This document shows, piece after piece, positions 39,282 to 49,036 of a stretch of DNA of 64,000 bases (position 1 is the stretch's first letter; every line of letters starts with the position of its first letter). Source of the stretch: an uncultured Gemmatimonadaceae bacterium (GTDB lineage: Bacteria > Gemmatimonadota > Gemmatimonadetes > Gemmatimonadales > Gemmatimonadaceae). Location: the NCBI GenBank assembly GCA_963817955.1, contig CAWFQK010000004.1, positions 1,504,001-1,568,000 of the forward strand. The letters run 5' to 3'. The notes below the pieces were generated by a model that saw only the letters and a program-made list of their open reading frames with translations, was not told the origin of the DNA and searched no databases. Position numbers and translations under genes: made by a program.

Positions 39282-40099
39282 ATGACTCAGTCACAGTTGA
39301 CAACTCGACGGACGCCTGCCGGCCGATACTCGCTCATCACGCTGATCTTGCTGGCGGGCATACTGACCCGTCCCGAGGTGGCACGGGCTCAAGGTACGTC
39401 AGGCGCCCCCGCACCGCCGACGAAGGCGAGCGTGTTGGCAGGTCGCGTGCGGGATCAGTTAGGTCACCCGATAGGACTCGCTGCAGTGAGTGCAGAACAG
39501 GGCGCGAGTGCCGTGTCCGGCGATTCGGGCATTTTCAGGTTGGTGGGCCTATTGCCCGGGCAGGCGGAAATCACCGTAGCGCGGATCGGCTACGCGCCTG
39601 TCAGGTTTGCCGTGACCATGCCAGCCGACTCGACGGTATTCGTTGAGGTACATATGGAATCGGTCACCTCCTTGGCTGCTGTCGAAATTAGCGGCCGCCC
39701 CGCCAACTCCATGCTTACAGGCCAAGGGTTTTACGAACGCAAGCGGTTGGACTCGGCATGTTCCTAGATCCCGACCAAATCGCGGCACGGCCGTTTTCCT
39801 ACGTTTCGCAGCAGCTTATGGATGTGCCGAGCGCTTCGATCAAAAAAAAGAACATGGGCATAGGCTACTCGGTATTGTTTTTCTCGCACGCTACCGGAGG
39901 CTTTTGCGCACCTACCGTATTCGTCGACGGCGTATACCTAACAATCCCCATTGACGAGTTCCTAAGCGGATCCGAGGTCTACGCAATTGAAGTCTACCCC
40001 CACGCAACACAGGTTCCCCTCAAGTTTCAGCCGCCGATGCAGGACGTCCCCTGTGGGGCAATCGCCATCTGGACAAAGTCAGGGATGCATACGAAATAA
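39282..40099 (+). pseudogene. Carboxypeptidase-regulatory-like plus plug-domain protein, frameshifted at about 39750
   Basis: 'GFYERKRL' then a frame change to 'MFLDPDQI...C.PTVFVDG...AIEVY...CGAIAIWTK'; one added G gives RLGLGMFL. Confidence 0.75.
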
Positions 40100-40152
40100 C
40101 CGACGCTGTCGCGGGTGTAATGCCTCAGCTGGAACTGGAGTGTTCGTCCACC

Positions 40153-40638
40153 ATGAAAGTTATCGCGTTCGTTTCAGCAACCGTCTGCACACTTGCCCTT
40201 TCGCTTCATGCGCAGCAACCGAGCGAGCTGCAGGCTGTTGAGCGTGCCATGGTATCGTACGCTGGAGCTCATCTAGCCACCACCGAGGTCATCGTCTTCG
40301 ACGGAGTTCCTACGAGTGCGAAGCAAGCCACCCGGCCGCCAGCGCACGTAGCTTCACTCGCCAGCGCGTTGCACGCGCAACGGATCGGCCGTACGGACGA
40401 CTTCTATAAATGCGCGTCGAGCAAGCCGTCGACCTGCTCCATTAGTGGCGCCGATGCAATCATTTCGCTCAGCGAACCTACGATACAAGGCGATACGGCC
40501 TTGATCACCGTTCGAGTCTTGCGTGCAACACGCAGCCAGCGCGCGCCCGTCGCGCGAAGCGAGGATCGCTATCGTCTCGTGCGGCATGGCGATGGTTCGT
40601 GGACTGTTGACGGGTGGGTTGCTGGGAGTATCACCTAG
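40153..40638 (+). CDS. Secreted hypothetical protein
   Basis: Signal peptide MKVIAFVSATVCTLALSLHA; upstream ggag. Confidence 0.6.
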   Translation: MKVIAFVSATVCTLALSLHAQQPSELQAVERAMVSYAGAHLATTEVIVFDGVPTSAKQATRPPAHVASLASALHAQRIGRTDDFYKCASSKPSTCSISGADAIISLSEPTIQGDTALITVRVLRATRSQRAPVARSEDRYRLVRHGDGSWTVDGWVAGSIT

Positions 40639-40704
40639 GGTGACGCCCTGCCCAGCTTCGTGCTGGCCATGCGGCGATTGGCGCGCTTCCTGGGCGCGTT
40701 GATA

Positions 40705-41712
40705 TCACCCCAACAACGCAAGCAACGCGAACGTTGCAAGCCAATGCTCCCCGGCATACTCGCCCGCCACGTGCGGCAGGCTCGCCGCGAGGTGCGCGTC
40801 GGCCGTAGACAGCGCACGAATGCGTCGCGGGTCTGCCTCCTCCCAACTCGAGGCAATTGATCGCCAACACCACGCGCGGCTGAGATTCAGGCCGTCGAGG
40901 TGCGCGATCTTGCCATCGCTGCGATCGCTGACCGTTACTGGAGTGAACAGCGTAGCCGGCTCCTGCTTCCCGAGTCGCGGCAGAAACCGATCCATCCACG
41001 CTCGCCATTCTGCCGCCCCCAAGACTCGCCTCATGCACTCCGCTTCGATCAAGGCTGACGACAGAAAATCGTCACCACCTGGCTCCCAGGCCTGACAGTC
41101 GGCGTCGGTGCCGTACCAGGCACGTGCCTTGTCGCGCAGCATTCCCCAGAGTGCATCGTCCCTGGCCACCTCGGCATACTCCAGCGCCAGTGTCAGGGCG
41201 AACGCCGTGTTGAAGTGTGTTCCGACGCGGATGGGATAGGTGGCTTTGGGAAGCCAGGCGCGGAAGCGATTCGCGAAGACCACCGCCAGGGGCCGCAGTG
41301 TCTCTGACCATCGGCGGCCCTCGTCGTTGTCCCACCGCGCCAGTTCGGCGCTCAGCATCAGGAGCCATGCCCAGCCATACGGTCGCTCGAATCCGCCACG
41401 CGATGGCTGCTCGAGATAGGCGATTTCGCCGGCGATGTTGCGTGCCGTGAGTTGCGTGTCGAACAGCTCGCGGATTTGCGTGCGCTGAACCTGGGGCAGG
41501 TCACGCACACCGCGATGGATCGTCGCCAGCATCCAGTATGCGTGGACGTTCGAGTGCCAGTCGAAGCTCCCATAGAACACCGGGTGCAACTCGTGCGGCG
41601 CGCGGAGATCGTCCGGCCCATTGAGCACGTGATCGAGCTTGTTCGGGTACTCCCGCCGAGCGTGGTCGAGCGCCAATGCGGCGAACCGGCTCGCGGTCGT
41701 CTGGTCAATCAC
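40705..41712 (-). CDS. DUF2891 family protein
   Basis: 'REYPNK', 'LHPVFYGSFDWHS.VH', 'FERPYGWAWLL', 'HLDGLNLSRAW', 'YAGEHWLATFA'. Confidence 0.9.
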   Translation of the reverse strand: MIDQTTASRFAALALDHARREYPNKLDHVLNGPDDLRAPHELHPVFYGSFDWHSNVHAYWMLATIHRGVRDLPQVQRTQIRELFDTQLTARNIAGEIAYLEQPSRGGFERPYGWAWLLMLSAELARWDNDEGRRWSETLRPLAVVFANRFRAWLPKATYPIRVGTHFNTAFALTLALEYAEVARDDALWGMLRDKARAWYGTDADCQAWEPGGDDFLSSALIEAECMRRVLGAAEWRAWMDRFLPRLGKQEPATLFTPVTVSDRSDGKIAHLDGLNLSRAWCWRSIASSWEEADPRRIRALSTADAHLAASLPHVAGEYAGEHWLATFALLALLG

Positions 41713-42668
41713 GTGTGCACCCGGAAGACAAAGAAATACATGATCGCCGTGTTGGCGGCGAGCAGCAGCAGCGCGGTGGGAAGCTGAACCTTGATCACGG
41801 CGTTCTCATTCGGAAGCTCGAGCAGCGCGGCCGGAACGATGTTGAAGTTCGCGGCCATGGGCGTCATGAGTGTGCCGCAGAAGCCGGAGACCATCCCCAC
41901 CGCCGCCATGACGACCACGTCCCCGCCAAAGCGATGGACGATGAGCGGTAGCCCGATCGCGGCAGTCATGACCGGGAACGCGGCAAATGCATTCCCCATG
42001 ATGGCGGTGAACAGCGCCATGCCAATCGTGTACGTGGCGACGACCACGAATGGCGTGTCCAGCGGAATCCAGCGCTGGAGAATGTTCGCCACGATCGGTC
42101 CGACACCAGCCAGTGCGAACATCGCGCCGAGTGCAGCAAGCATCTGTGGCAACACGGCGGCCCAGCCGACCGCGTCCATGAGGCGGCGCGCCTCGACGAT
42201 TGGAGCGGTGAGGGGCGGCCGAAGCATCACGACCCCGACGATCAGCGCCGCGATGATTGCCAGCCCGAGCGCGATGAGCGTCACCTGCTTCGGATCGATC
42301 AGCGCCACGCCGCCGAGGTGTGCGCTCTTGAGCGTGAGCGTGCCAATCACCGTCACCACGGGAATCGTCAGCGCCGGCACGAACAACCAGTTTCCCCATC
42401 GCTTCGCGCTCGTCTCACGCTCGCCGCGCGTCGACGATTCGGCCGGCGCACCGCCAAGCTTGCCCGCCGCGATCACCACCATGGCAATGACGAGGATGCC
42501 ATTCACCACGTCCGGCAGCCGCGAGCCGGCAATGAAGGTGACGGCGTAGATCCCCCAGAACGCCGCATTCACGTAGCGCTTGGCACTCGTGCGGTCGCGG
42601 AGATTCACGATCGCGACGCCAGCGAACATCAGGCCCATCAAGACGTAGACGAATTCGAGCTTGATCAT
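41709..42668 (-). CDS. DUF979 family membrane protein (putative 5-oxoproline transporter subunit)
   Basis: 'LPQMLAALG', 'GMALFT.IMGNAFAAF', 'GFCGTLMTPMAANFNIVPAALLEL'. Confidence 0.9.
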   Translation of the reverse strand: MIKLEFVYVLMGLMFAGVAIVNLRDRTSAKRYVNAAFWGIYAVTFIAGSRLPDVVNGILVIAMVVIAAGKLGGAPAESSTRGERETSAKRWGNWLFVPALTIPVVTVIGTLTLKSAHLGGVALIDPKQVTLIALGLAIIAALIVGVVMLRPPLTAPIVEARRLMDAVGWAAVLPQMLAALGAMFALAGVGPIVANILQRWIPLDTPFVVVATYTIGMALFTAIMGNAFAAFPVMTAAIGLPLIVHRFGGDVVVMAAVGMVSGFCGTLMTPMAANFNIVPAALLELPNENAVIKVQLPTALLLLAANTAIMYFFVFRVHT

Positions 42669-43417
42669 GGCTGTCCCTCGCCCTGAGGGACGGGAGCAGC
42701 CGAGCGATCACCTCGCGTGGACAGCGGCGCTTCGGTTTGCTCGGCGTGATCATTCGCGATTTCGGCGCGAAGTGACCGGTCGAGCAGGAGCAGCCGAATC
42801 CCATGGATGACGAAGGCGCAGATCGCCGTGGGAATGGCCCAGAAGGCGAGCTTGGTCGGTTCGGTGTGCACCCCGCTCTGCTCGAGGAAGCCGCGAATCA
42901 AGAGAATGGAGCCGATCGCAATGAAGATGTCTTCACCGAAAAACAGACCGATGTTGTCGGTGGCAGCTGCATGGGCACGAATGCGGTGCCGCGTCTTTTC
43001 ACTCAGGGCACCCCACTTGTTCTCGGCGGCCGCTTCTGCCATTGGCGCAATGAGCGGCCGCACCATCTGCGGATGGCCACCGAGCGATGTGAGCCCCAAC
43101 GCCGACGTGATCTGGCGAACGGCGAGATACGCGAGGAGGAGTCGTCCCGTGGTGGCAGCCTGAATGCGCGAGATCACGGTGCGCGCCCGCTCGCGCAGAC
43201 CGGTGCGCTCGAGCAGGCCGATCACCGGGAGCGCGAGCCAGACCACGGCCACGGAGCGGCTATCGATGAATGCCTTTCCGAAAGCGGCAACGACGCTCCC
43301 GAGCGCGTGCCCTGCCGCCAACCCCGTTGCCACGGCGGCTGCCGCGACAACGAGCAACGGGTTGATGCGGAGCGCGAATCCAACGACGACGATGAGAATG
43401 CCGATGAGCGGGAGCAT
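42665..43417 (-). CDS. DUF969 family membrane protein (putative 5-oxoproline transporter subunit)
   Basis: 'LPVIGLLER.GLRERA', 'LGGHPQMVRPLIAPMAE', 'DNIGLFFGEDIF'. Confidence 0.9.
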   Translation of the reverse strand: MLPLIGILIVVVGFALRINPLLVVAAAAVATGLAAGHALGSVVAAFGKAFIDSRSVAVVWLALPVIGLLERTGLRERARTVISRIQAATTGRLLLAYLAVRQITSALGLTSLGGHPQMVRPLIAPMAEAAAENKWGALSEKTRHRIRAHAAATDNIGLFFGEDIFIAIGSILLIRGFLEQSGVHTEPTKLAFWAIPTAICAFVIHGIRLLLLDRSLRAEIANDHAEQTEAPLSTRGDRSAAPVPQGEGQP

Positions 43418-43475
43418 GCTCGGACTAGGCTCCGTTGCTGGTGACGTCGCGGGCGGCTCGCGGCGACGACGCGGG

Positions 43476-45179
43476 CTATTTGTCTTTCATTTTCGCCCAG
43501 GAATCGCGCAATGTCACGATCCTGTTGAACACGAGCGCTCCGGCCTTTGATTCCACGGGGTCGCTGATGAAGTATCCGGTCCGCTCGAATTGATACCGGG
43601 TTCCGAGCGCGTCGCCGGCGACGCTCGGCTCGGCCTTGGCGCCGCGGATCACGACGAGCGAATCCGGGTTGATCACGCTCAGGAAGTCCTTGCCATCCTC
43701 GACGGCATCTGGATCCGGGATGGTGAAGAGCTTGTCGTACAACCGAAGCTCGCAATCGAGCGCCTGCGCGGCCGACACCCAGTGAATGGTCCCCTGCACC
43801 TTGCGGCCATCGGGCGAGTCGCCGCCGCGCGTCGCCGGATCGTACGTGCACCGCAATTCTACGATTTGTCCCGCCGCGTCCTTCACGACGTCGGTACACG
43901 TGATGAAGTAGCCGTAGCGCAGACGCACTTCACGCCCCGGCGCCAGCCGATAGAACTTCTTTGGCGGGGCTTCCATGAAGTCATCACGCTCGATGTACAG
44001 CTCGCGTGAGAAGGGCACTTTGCGCGATCCGGTCAGCGGCACGTCGTGCGGATAGTACGACGCATCGAGCTCCTCGGCTTGCCCGTCCGGATAATTCGTG
44101 ATCACTACCTTGAGTGGGTTGATCACGCACATGACGCGCGGCACCCGCATGTTGAGATCATTACGCACTGCATGGTCGAACGTGGCCAACTCGGCACGGG
44201 CTGGTTTCCGAGCGACGCCCACGGCTTCGGCGAACGCACGCAGGCCCTCCGGCGTCACACCGCGGCGGCGCATGCCGGAAATCGTCGGCATGCGCGGATC
44301 GTCCCACCCGCTCACCCGTCCCTCGTTCACGAGCCGCAGCAGTTTGCGTTTGCTCAACACCGTGTAATCCAGCTCGAGACGCGCAAACTCTGTCTGCTCC
44401 GGCGGGTTCACGAAGCCGGCCTCCCGCACGAGCCACTTGTAGATGTCGTTGTTGTCCTTGAACTCGAGCGTGCACAGCGAGTGCGTGATCCCCTCAATGG
44501 CATCGGACAAGGGGTGGGCGAAATCATACAGCGGGTAGAGACACCACGCGTCGCCCTGCCGGTAGTGATGCGCATGCCGGATCCGCAGCAGGAGCGGATC
44601 GCGCATGATCATGTTCGGGTGCGCCATGTCGATCTTGGCGCGGAGCACATGCGCCCCGTCGGGAAACTCGCCTGCTTTCATGCGGCGCAGCAGATCGAGA
44701 TTCTCGTCGGTGCTGCGGTCGCGGAACGGACTGTTCGTTCCAGCCACGGTCACCGTGCCGCGGTGCTCCCGGATCTCCTCGTCGCTCTCGGAATCGATGT
44801 ACGCCTTTCCCTTGGTCACGAGCAGCTCGGCCAGGTCGTACAGCTTGCCGAAGTAGTCGCTCGCGTACAGCTCGGCATCCCACTTGAAACCGAGCCATTC
44901 GATGTCCTTCTTGATCGCCTCGACGTACCGGATGTCTTCCGTGAACGGGTTGGTGTCGTCGAAGCGCAGGTTGCAGCGACCGTTGAACTCGGCGGCAATG
45001 CCGAAATTCAGGCAGATCGACTTGACGTGCCCAATGTGCGGAAAGCCATTCGGCTCGGGCGGGAAGCGCGTCGTGATCTGGCGGCCGAAACGGTTGGTCG
45101 CCACGTCATCGGCGACCATGTCGCGAATGAAGTCACGGTGGACTGCCGACGGCGCGGCATCGTTCGAAGGTTGGGACAC
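43476..45179 (-). CDS. glnS: Glutamine--tRNA ligase
   Basis: 'TRFPPEPNG.PHIGH', 'LRFDDTNP', 'THSLCTLEF', 'LSKRKL', 'GWDDPRMPT', 'QFERTGYF'. Confidence 0.97.
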   Translation of the reverse strand: MSQPSNDAAPSAVHRDFIRDMVADDVATNRFGRQITTRFPPEPNGFPHIGHVKSICLNFGIAAEFNGRCNLRFDDTNPFTEDIRYVEAIKKDIEWLGFKWDAELYASDYFGKLYDLAELLVTKGKAYIDSESDEEIREHRGTVTVAGTNSPFRDRSTDENLDLLRRMKAGEFPDGAHVLRAKIDMAHPNMIMRDPLLLRIRHAHHYRQGDAWCLYPLYDFAHPLSDAIEGITHSLCTLEFKDNNDIYKWLVREAGFVNPPEQTEFARLELDYTVLSKRKLLRLVNEGRVSGWDDPRMPTISGMRRRGVTPEGLRAFAEAVGVARKPARAELATFDHAVRNDLNMRVPRVMCVINPLKVVITNYPDGQAEELDASYYPHDVPLTGSRKVPFSRELYIERDDFMEAPPKKFYRLAPGREVRLRYGYFITCTDVVKDAAGQIVELRCTYDPATRGGDSPDGRKVQGTIHWVSAAQALDCELRLYDKLFTIPDPDAVEDGKDFLSVINPDSLVVIRGAKAEPSVAGDALGTRYQFERTGYFISDPVESKAGALVFNRIVTLRDSWAKMKDK

Positions 45180-45245
45180 GGGCAGAGTGACCTGGGCGGG
45201 TGGCGGTATAGATTAAAGATATACGACCCTTCACCCCCGGTGCGC

Positions 45246-45746
45246 ATGTCCTTCGCCGATACGTTGCTCCCCGAATTCGATCAGGAAATGAAGACCACCC
45301 GGGCGTTGCTCGAGCGCGTGCCGCTCGACCGGGCCGACTGGAAGCCGCATCCGAGATCCACCGCGCTCGGCGCACTCGCCTCCCATCTGGCGACGCTCGC
45401 GGGCTTTGGCGTGATGATCTCCAACAAGACCGAAGTGAATGTGGCCCCGGCCGGCGCACCGCCCCGCACGCCGGCCGTGTACAAGAATACGCAGGAACTG
45501 CTCGACGCCTTCGACGCGAACGTCACGGCGAGCCGCGAGGCTATCCGGCAACTACCCGAGAGCGACCTCACGACTATGTGGACGCTTCGCGCCGGCGAAC
45601 GCGTGGTCTTCAGCCTGCCGCGAGCCGTGGTCTTTCGCACCATGCTGATGAATCACACGGTGCACCATCGCGGCCAACTCAGCGTCTACCTACGCCTGAA
45701 CGACGTACCGCTGCCGTCGATCTACGGCCCGACCGCCGACACCTGA
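45246..45746 (+). CDS. DinB family protein
   Basis: 'EFDQEMKTTRALLERVP', 'WKPH..S..LG.LA.H', 'NHTVHHRGQLSVYLRL...PSIYGP'. Confidence 0.9.
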   Translation: MSFADTLLPEFDQEMKTTRALLERVPLDRADWKPHPRSTALGALASHLATLAGFGVMISNKTEVNVAPAGAPPRTPAVYKNTQELLDAFDANVTASREAIRQLPESDLTTMWTLRAGERVVFSLPRAVVFRTMLMNHTVHHRGQLSVYLRLNDVPLPSIYGPTADT

Positions 45747-45755
45747 GCGGCGGAG

Positions 45756-47546
45756 CTATTCGTCCGTTGGTGCTTCGGGTCCAAGGTCGCCGGTCTCCAG
45801 CGACAGTTCGGCGATTGCCTTGAGGCGTGCGTCCTGGTTGCGGCGCAGTCCGCGAATGTTGCGACGTGCGCGGCGGTAGGCCATGGGGATGAAGACGCGG
45901 GCGCAGTCCAGGTGAGGCTTCGCTGCCTCGAGGCTGGGTGCCCGCTCGATCTCCCATGTTGTGCGCGACAGCACCGCGGTCGCCATGAAGATGTCGATGG
46001 CGGCGTTGGCCATGCGCTCCTGCAGGAATTGCTTTTCAATGATCGTCTTGCCGTGCGTCATCACGGCTGCTTCCACCGCGAGCGCGAGATCGTGGACGAG
46101 CGTGGCGACGAGATCCGCCTCGCGTTCGAGCGCTGGGTGCACCTTGGTGAAGCTTGGCTTGGTGATCGTTCGCTTGGCGCGTCCCGCCAGGTAGTGCCCA
46201 ATGGCGCCGAAGGAGCGGATGGGGTCCTTGAATGCCTTGCCGATTGCCTTGAGGCGCTCGCCAGGCTGCTGCATGCCCATCAACGCGATGAGTGCGCGCA
46301 GGATCTCGTTGGTGCCCTCGAAGATCAGGTTGATCCGGGAATCGCGTACGGCCTGTTCGTAGGGATATTCCTTGGAGTAGCCGATGCCTCCGGCTATCTG
46401 CATGGCGTCGTTCGACGCGCGGAATGCGAGCTCCGACCCGAACACCTTGCACGCAGCCGTCTCCAGCGAGAAATCGATCCCGCCGCGATCCACCATGCCC
46501 GCGGCGACCATCACGGCTGCATCAGCGGCATAACACTCCACAGCCGTGAGGGCGAACTTGCGCTGGATCATCTCGAACGAGCCGATCGGCCGACCAAATT
46601 GCTCGCGCTGCTTGGCGTACGCGAGCGCCTCACGCATGATGCGTCGCGTGCCACGCGCCGACCCGGCCGCGAGGCCAAGACGTCCCGAGTTCAACACCTC
46701 GAGCGCGATGTGGAACCCCTGGCCAACGTCGCCGAGCTGGTCCTCCACGGGCACCTTCACGCGATCGAAGGCCACGGCGCGCGTGTCGGAGGCCTTGATC
46801 CCCATCTTCTCTTCGAGCTTGCCAAGTGACACGCCAGCGGCGTGGGCGTCGACGATGAAGGCGGTCACCCGTTCTTTTTGAACGCCATCGACCGTTACGG
46901 GCACCTTGGCGAACACCGTGAACAGGTCGGCGTAACCGGCGTTGGAAATCCAGATCTTCGTGCCGCTGAGCAGGTAGTGCGTGCCATCATCGCTCTTGAC
47001 CGCGCGCGTCTTCATGGCTTGCGCGTCGGAGCCAGAGCCCGGCTCGGTGAGACAGAAGGCGGCAACGAGATCTCCGCTCGCGCACCGCGGCAGATACTTC
47101 TGCTTCTGCTCCTCCGTGCCGAACAGCACGATGCCCTTGCAGCCGATCGACTGATGTGCGCCAAAGTAGACCGTGAGCGCCGGATCGGTGGCGCCGATCT
47201 CGCCGAAGACACGGTTGTAGACCTTGGCCGACGCGCCGAATCCACCGTACGCCTCGGGGATGCTAAGCCCCATCACACCAAGCTCGTGCAGTCCCTGGCG
47301 CACGCCGTCCGGGAACCGGCCATCGTGATCGAACTTGGCGCTGTCGACCCGTTCCGCCGCGAAGGCGCGAACCGACCCCAGGATCAGTTCGAGCGATTCC
47401 TTTTCCTCCGGCGAGAGCGTCGGAAAAGGAAAGACGAGCTCTTCACGAATCTCACCGAGAAACACACTCTTCGTGAACGACGGATTGACGTCGGGCGAGG
47501 CGAGGTGCGGCGGCGAAGCGTGCGGGGCGGCAGTGGAAGCGGTCAT
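45756..47546 (-). CDS. Acyl-CoA dehydrogenase (ACAD9/VLCAD-like)
   Basis: 'AHQSIG', 'FCLTEPGSGSDA', 'GTKIWISN', 'KMGIKAS', 'RDSRINLIFEGTNEI'. Confidence 0.93.
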   Translation of the reverse strand: MTASTAAPHASPPHLASPDVNPSFTKSVFLGEIREELVFPFPTLSPEEKESLELILGSVRAFAAERVDSAKFDHDGRFPDGVRQGLHELGVMGLSIPEAYGGFGASAKVYNRVFGEIGATDPALTVYFGAHQSIGCKGIVLFGTEEQKQKYLPRCASGDLVAAFCLTEPGSGSDAQAMKTRAVKSDDGTHYLLSGTKIWISNAGYADLFTVFAKVPVTVDGVQKERVTAFIVDAHAAGVSLGKLEEKMGIKASDTRAVAFDRVKVPVEDQLGDVGQGFHIALEVLNSGRLGLAAGSARGTRRIMREALAYAKQREQFGRPIGSFEMIQRKFALTAVECYAADAAVMVAAGMVDRGGIDFSLETAACKVFGSELAFRASNDAMQIAGGIGYSKEYPYEQAVRDSRINLIFEGTNEILRALIALMGMQQPGERLKAIGKAFKDPIRSFGAIGHYLAGRAKRTITKPSFTKVHPALEREADLVATLVHDLALAVEAAVMTHGKTIIEKQFLQERMANAAIDIFMATAVLSRTTWEIERAPSLEAAKPHLDCARVFIPMAYRRARRNIRGLRRNQDARLKAIAELSLETGDLGPEAPTDE

Positions 47547-47685
47547 GGCAGTCCGGGTTGGTCGCACACAGGCGACGACGGAAAACACATCACTGAATTC
47601 TATTGTATGACCGCCCATCGGGAATCAGGTCTTCTCCGCATAGGGCCAACTCCATGGGCCAACTCCGCCGCGCCAGCGTGACGGC

Positions 47686-48978
47686 CTATGCCACGCCGTT
47701 CTTTATCGCCCCCATGACCCGGTCCGCGAACAGATCGATCTCATCCACGGTCGTGTAAACGTTCGGCGTGATGCGCATACCCTTGAACTCGTCGTTGACC
47801 ATGGGCGTGGTGACGATGTTGTGCTTGGACAGTAGCCAACCGCCGAGCTTTCCCATGTCCATGCCGTCGATCCCGAACACGCCGATGGCGCCGCTTGCGT
47901 TTGGCCCGATTGGCGTGATCATGTGCACACGGCTGCTCGCGGCGAGCAGGCGGTTTGCCCACCGGTCGCGCAGGTACCGCAATCGCGCGATCTTCCGCGC
48001 GGGGCCGATCCCGCGATTGAACGCGACGGCAACGGACACGGCGTTGTGATTCGCCGCTGGATGCGTGCCGATCTCCTCGTACTTGCGGATGTTGTCTTCC
48101 TCCTCCACCGACCCGGCCATCATCGGCCACAGCGTCTTGATCCGGTCACGGCGCACGTAGAGGAACCCGGTCCCGATGGGCGCGTGCATCCATTTGTGAA
48201 GACTCGTGCCGTAGTAATCGGCGCCCAAGTCGTCGCGCGTGAACGGGAAGTGTGCGAAGGCGTGCGCGCCGTCGACGAACACCCGAATGCCCTTCGGCTT
48301 GGCGAGCTCCACGATCTCGCGGACGGGGGCGATGTAGCCCGTCATGAAGCTGATGTGCATGACCTCGATGACGCGCGTGCGCGGCGTGATGGCGTCGGCG
48401 ATGTGCTGGAGGTACGACGCCGTGCTCTCCACCGGTGTCTCGATCTTGATGGGTTTGAGCACGATGCCGTCGCGGCGTTCGCGCTGGCGCCAGGCGTTCT
48501 GCATGCGCGGGTAGTTCTGCGTCGTGAAGATCACCTCGTCGCCGCGGGCGAGGTCGGTGCCGAAGATCATCGTCTCGTTCGCTTCCGACGCATTGCGCGT
48601 GATGGCCAGCTCCTCGGGATCACACCCGAAGTCGTGCGCCAGGTCGCGCCGCACCGATTCGATGCGCGGCTCGAGCACGCGCCACATATGCTCGGTCGGC
48701 AGCTCGTTCGAGAATCTGAGATCTCGAATCATCTGCTCCAGCACGTGCGACGGCGCGGGACTGCACCCGCCGTTATTCAGGTTGATCATCGTCCGGTCGA
48801 GATCGAACGCGCGCTGGATCTCCCCCCAGTACGTCTCGTCGTCGGCGACGGATGCGGCGGTCCGCGCGCCGGCGATCGGCTCGGCCGCGAGCAGGTGACG
48901 GAAGGCGGTGTGGCGCATCACGGGGAGGGAGACCCCGGCGCCGAGCACGGATGAGACGAAGGAGCGGCGAGTAGGCAT
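47686..48978 (-). CDS. Class V aminotransferase / isopenicillin N epimerase-like PLP enzyme with Tat signal
   Basis: 'TRRSFV' Tat motif; 'NLNNGG', 'VDGAH', 'SLHKW'. Confidence 0.88.
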   Translation of the reverse strand: MPTRRSFVSSVLGAGVSLPVMRHTAFRHLLAAEPIAGARTAASVADDETYWGEIQRAFDLDRTMINLNNGGCSPAPSHVLEQMIRDLRFSNELPTEHMWRVLEPRIESVRRDLAHDFGCDPEELAITRNASEANETMIFGTDLARGDEVIFTTQNYPRMQNAWRQRERRDGIVLKPIKIETPVESTASYLQHIADAITPRTRVIEVMHISFMTGYIAPVREIVELAKPKGIRVFVDGAHAFAHFPFTRDDLGADYYGTSLHKWMHAPIGTGFLYVRRDRIKTLWPMMAGSVEEEDNIRKYEEIGTHPAANHNAVSVAVAFNRGIGPARKIARLRYLRDRWANRLLAASSRVHMITPIGPNASGAIGVFGIDGMDMGKLGGWLLSKHNIVTTPMVNDEFKGMRITPNVYTTVDEIDLFADRVMGAIKNGVA

Positions 48979-49036
48979 ACCGCGAACATACGACGAGGGG
49001 GAGGGAGAGCGGTAGAGCGCGACCCGACGTTAACGC

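Noticed and set aside
34722..40640. Integron cassette array
   Set aside because: No intI and no convincing attC sites (RYYYAAC...GTTRRRY) at gene boundaries.
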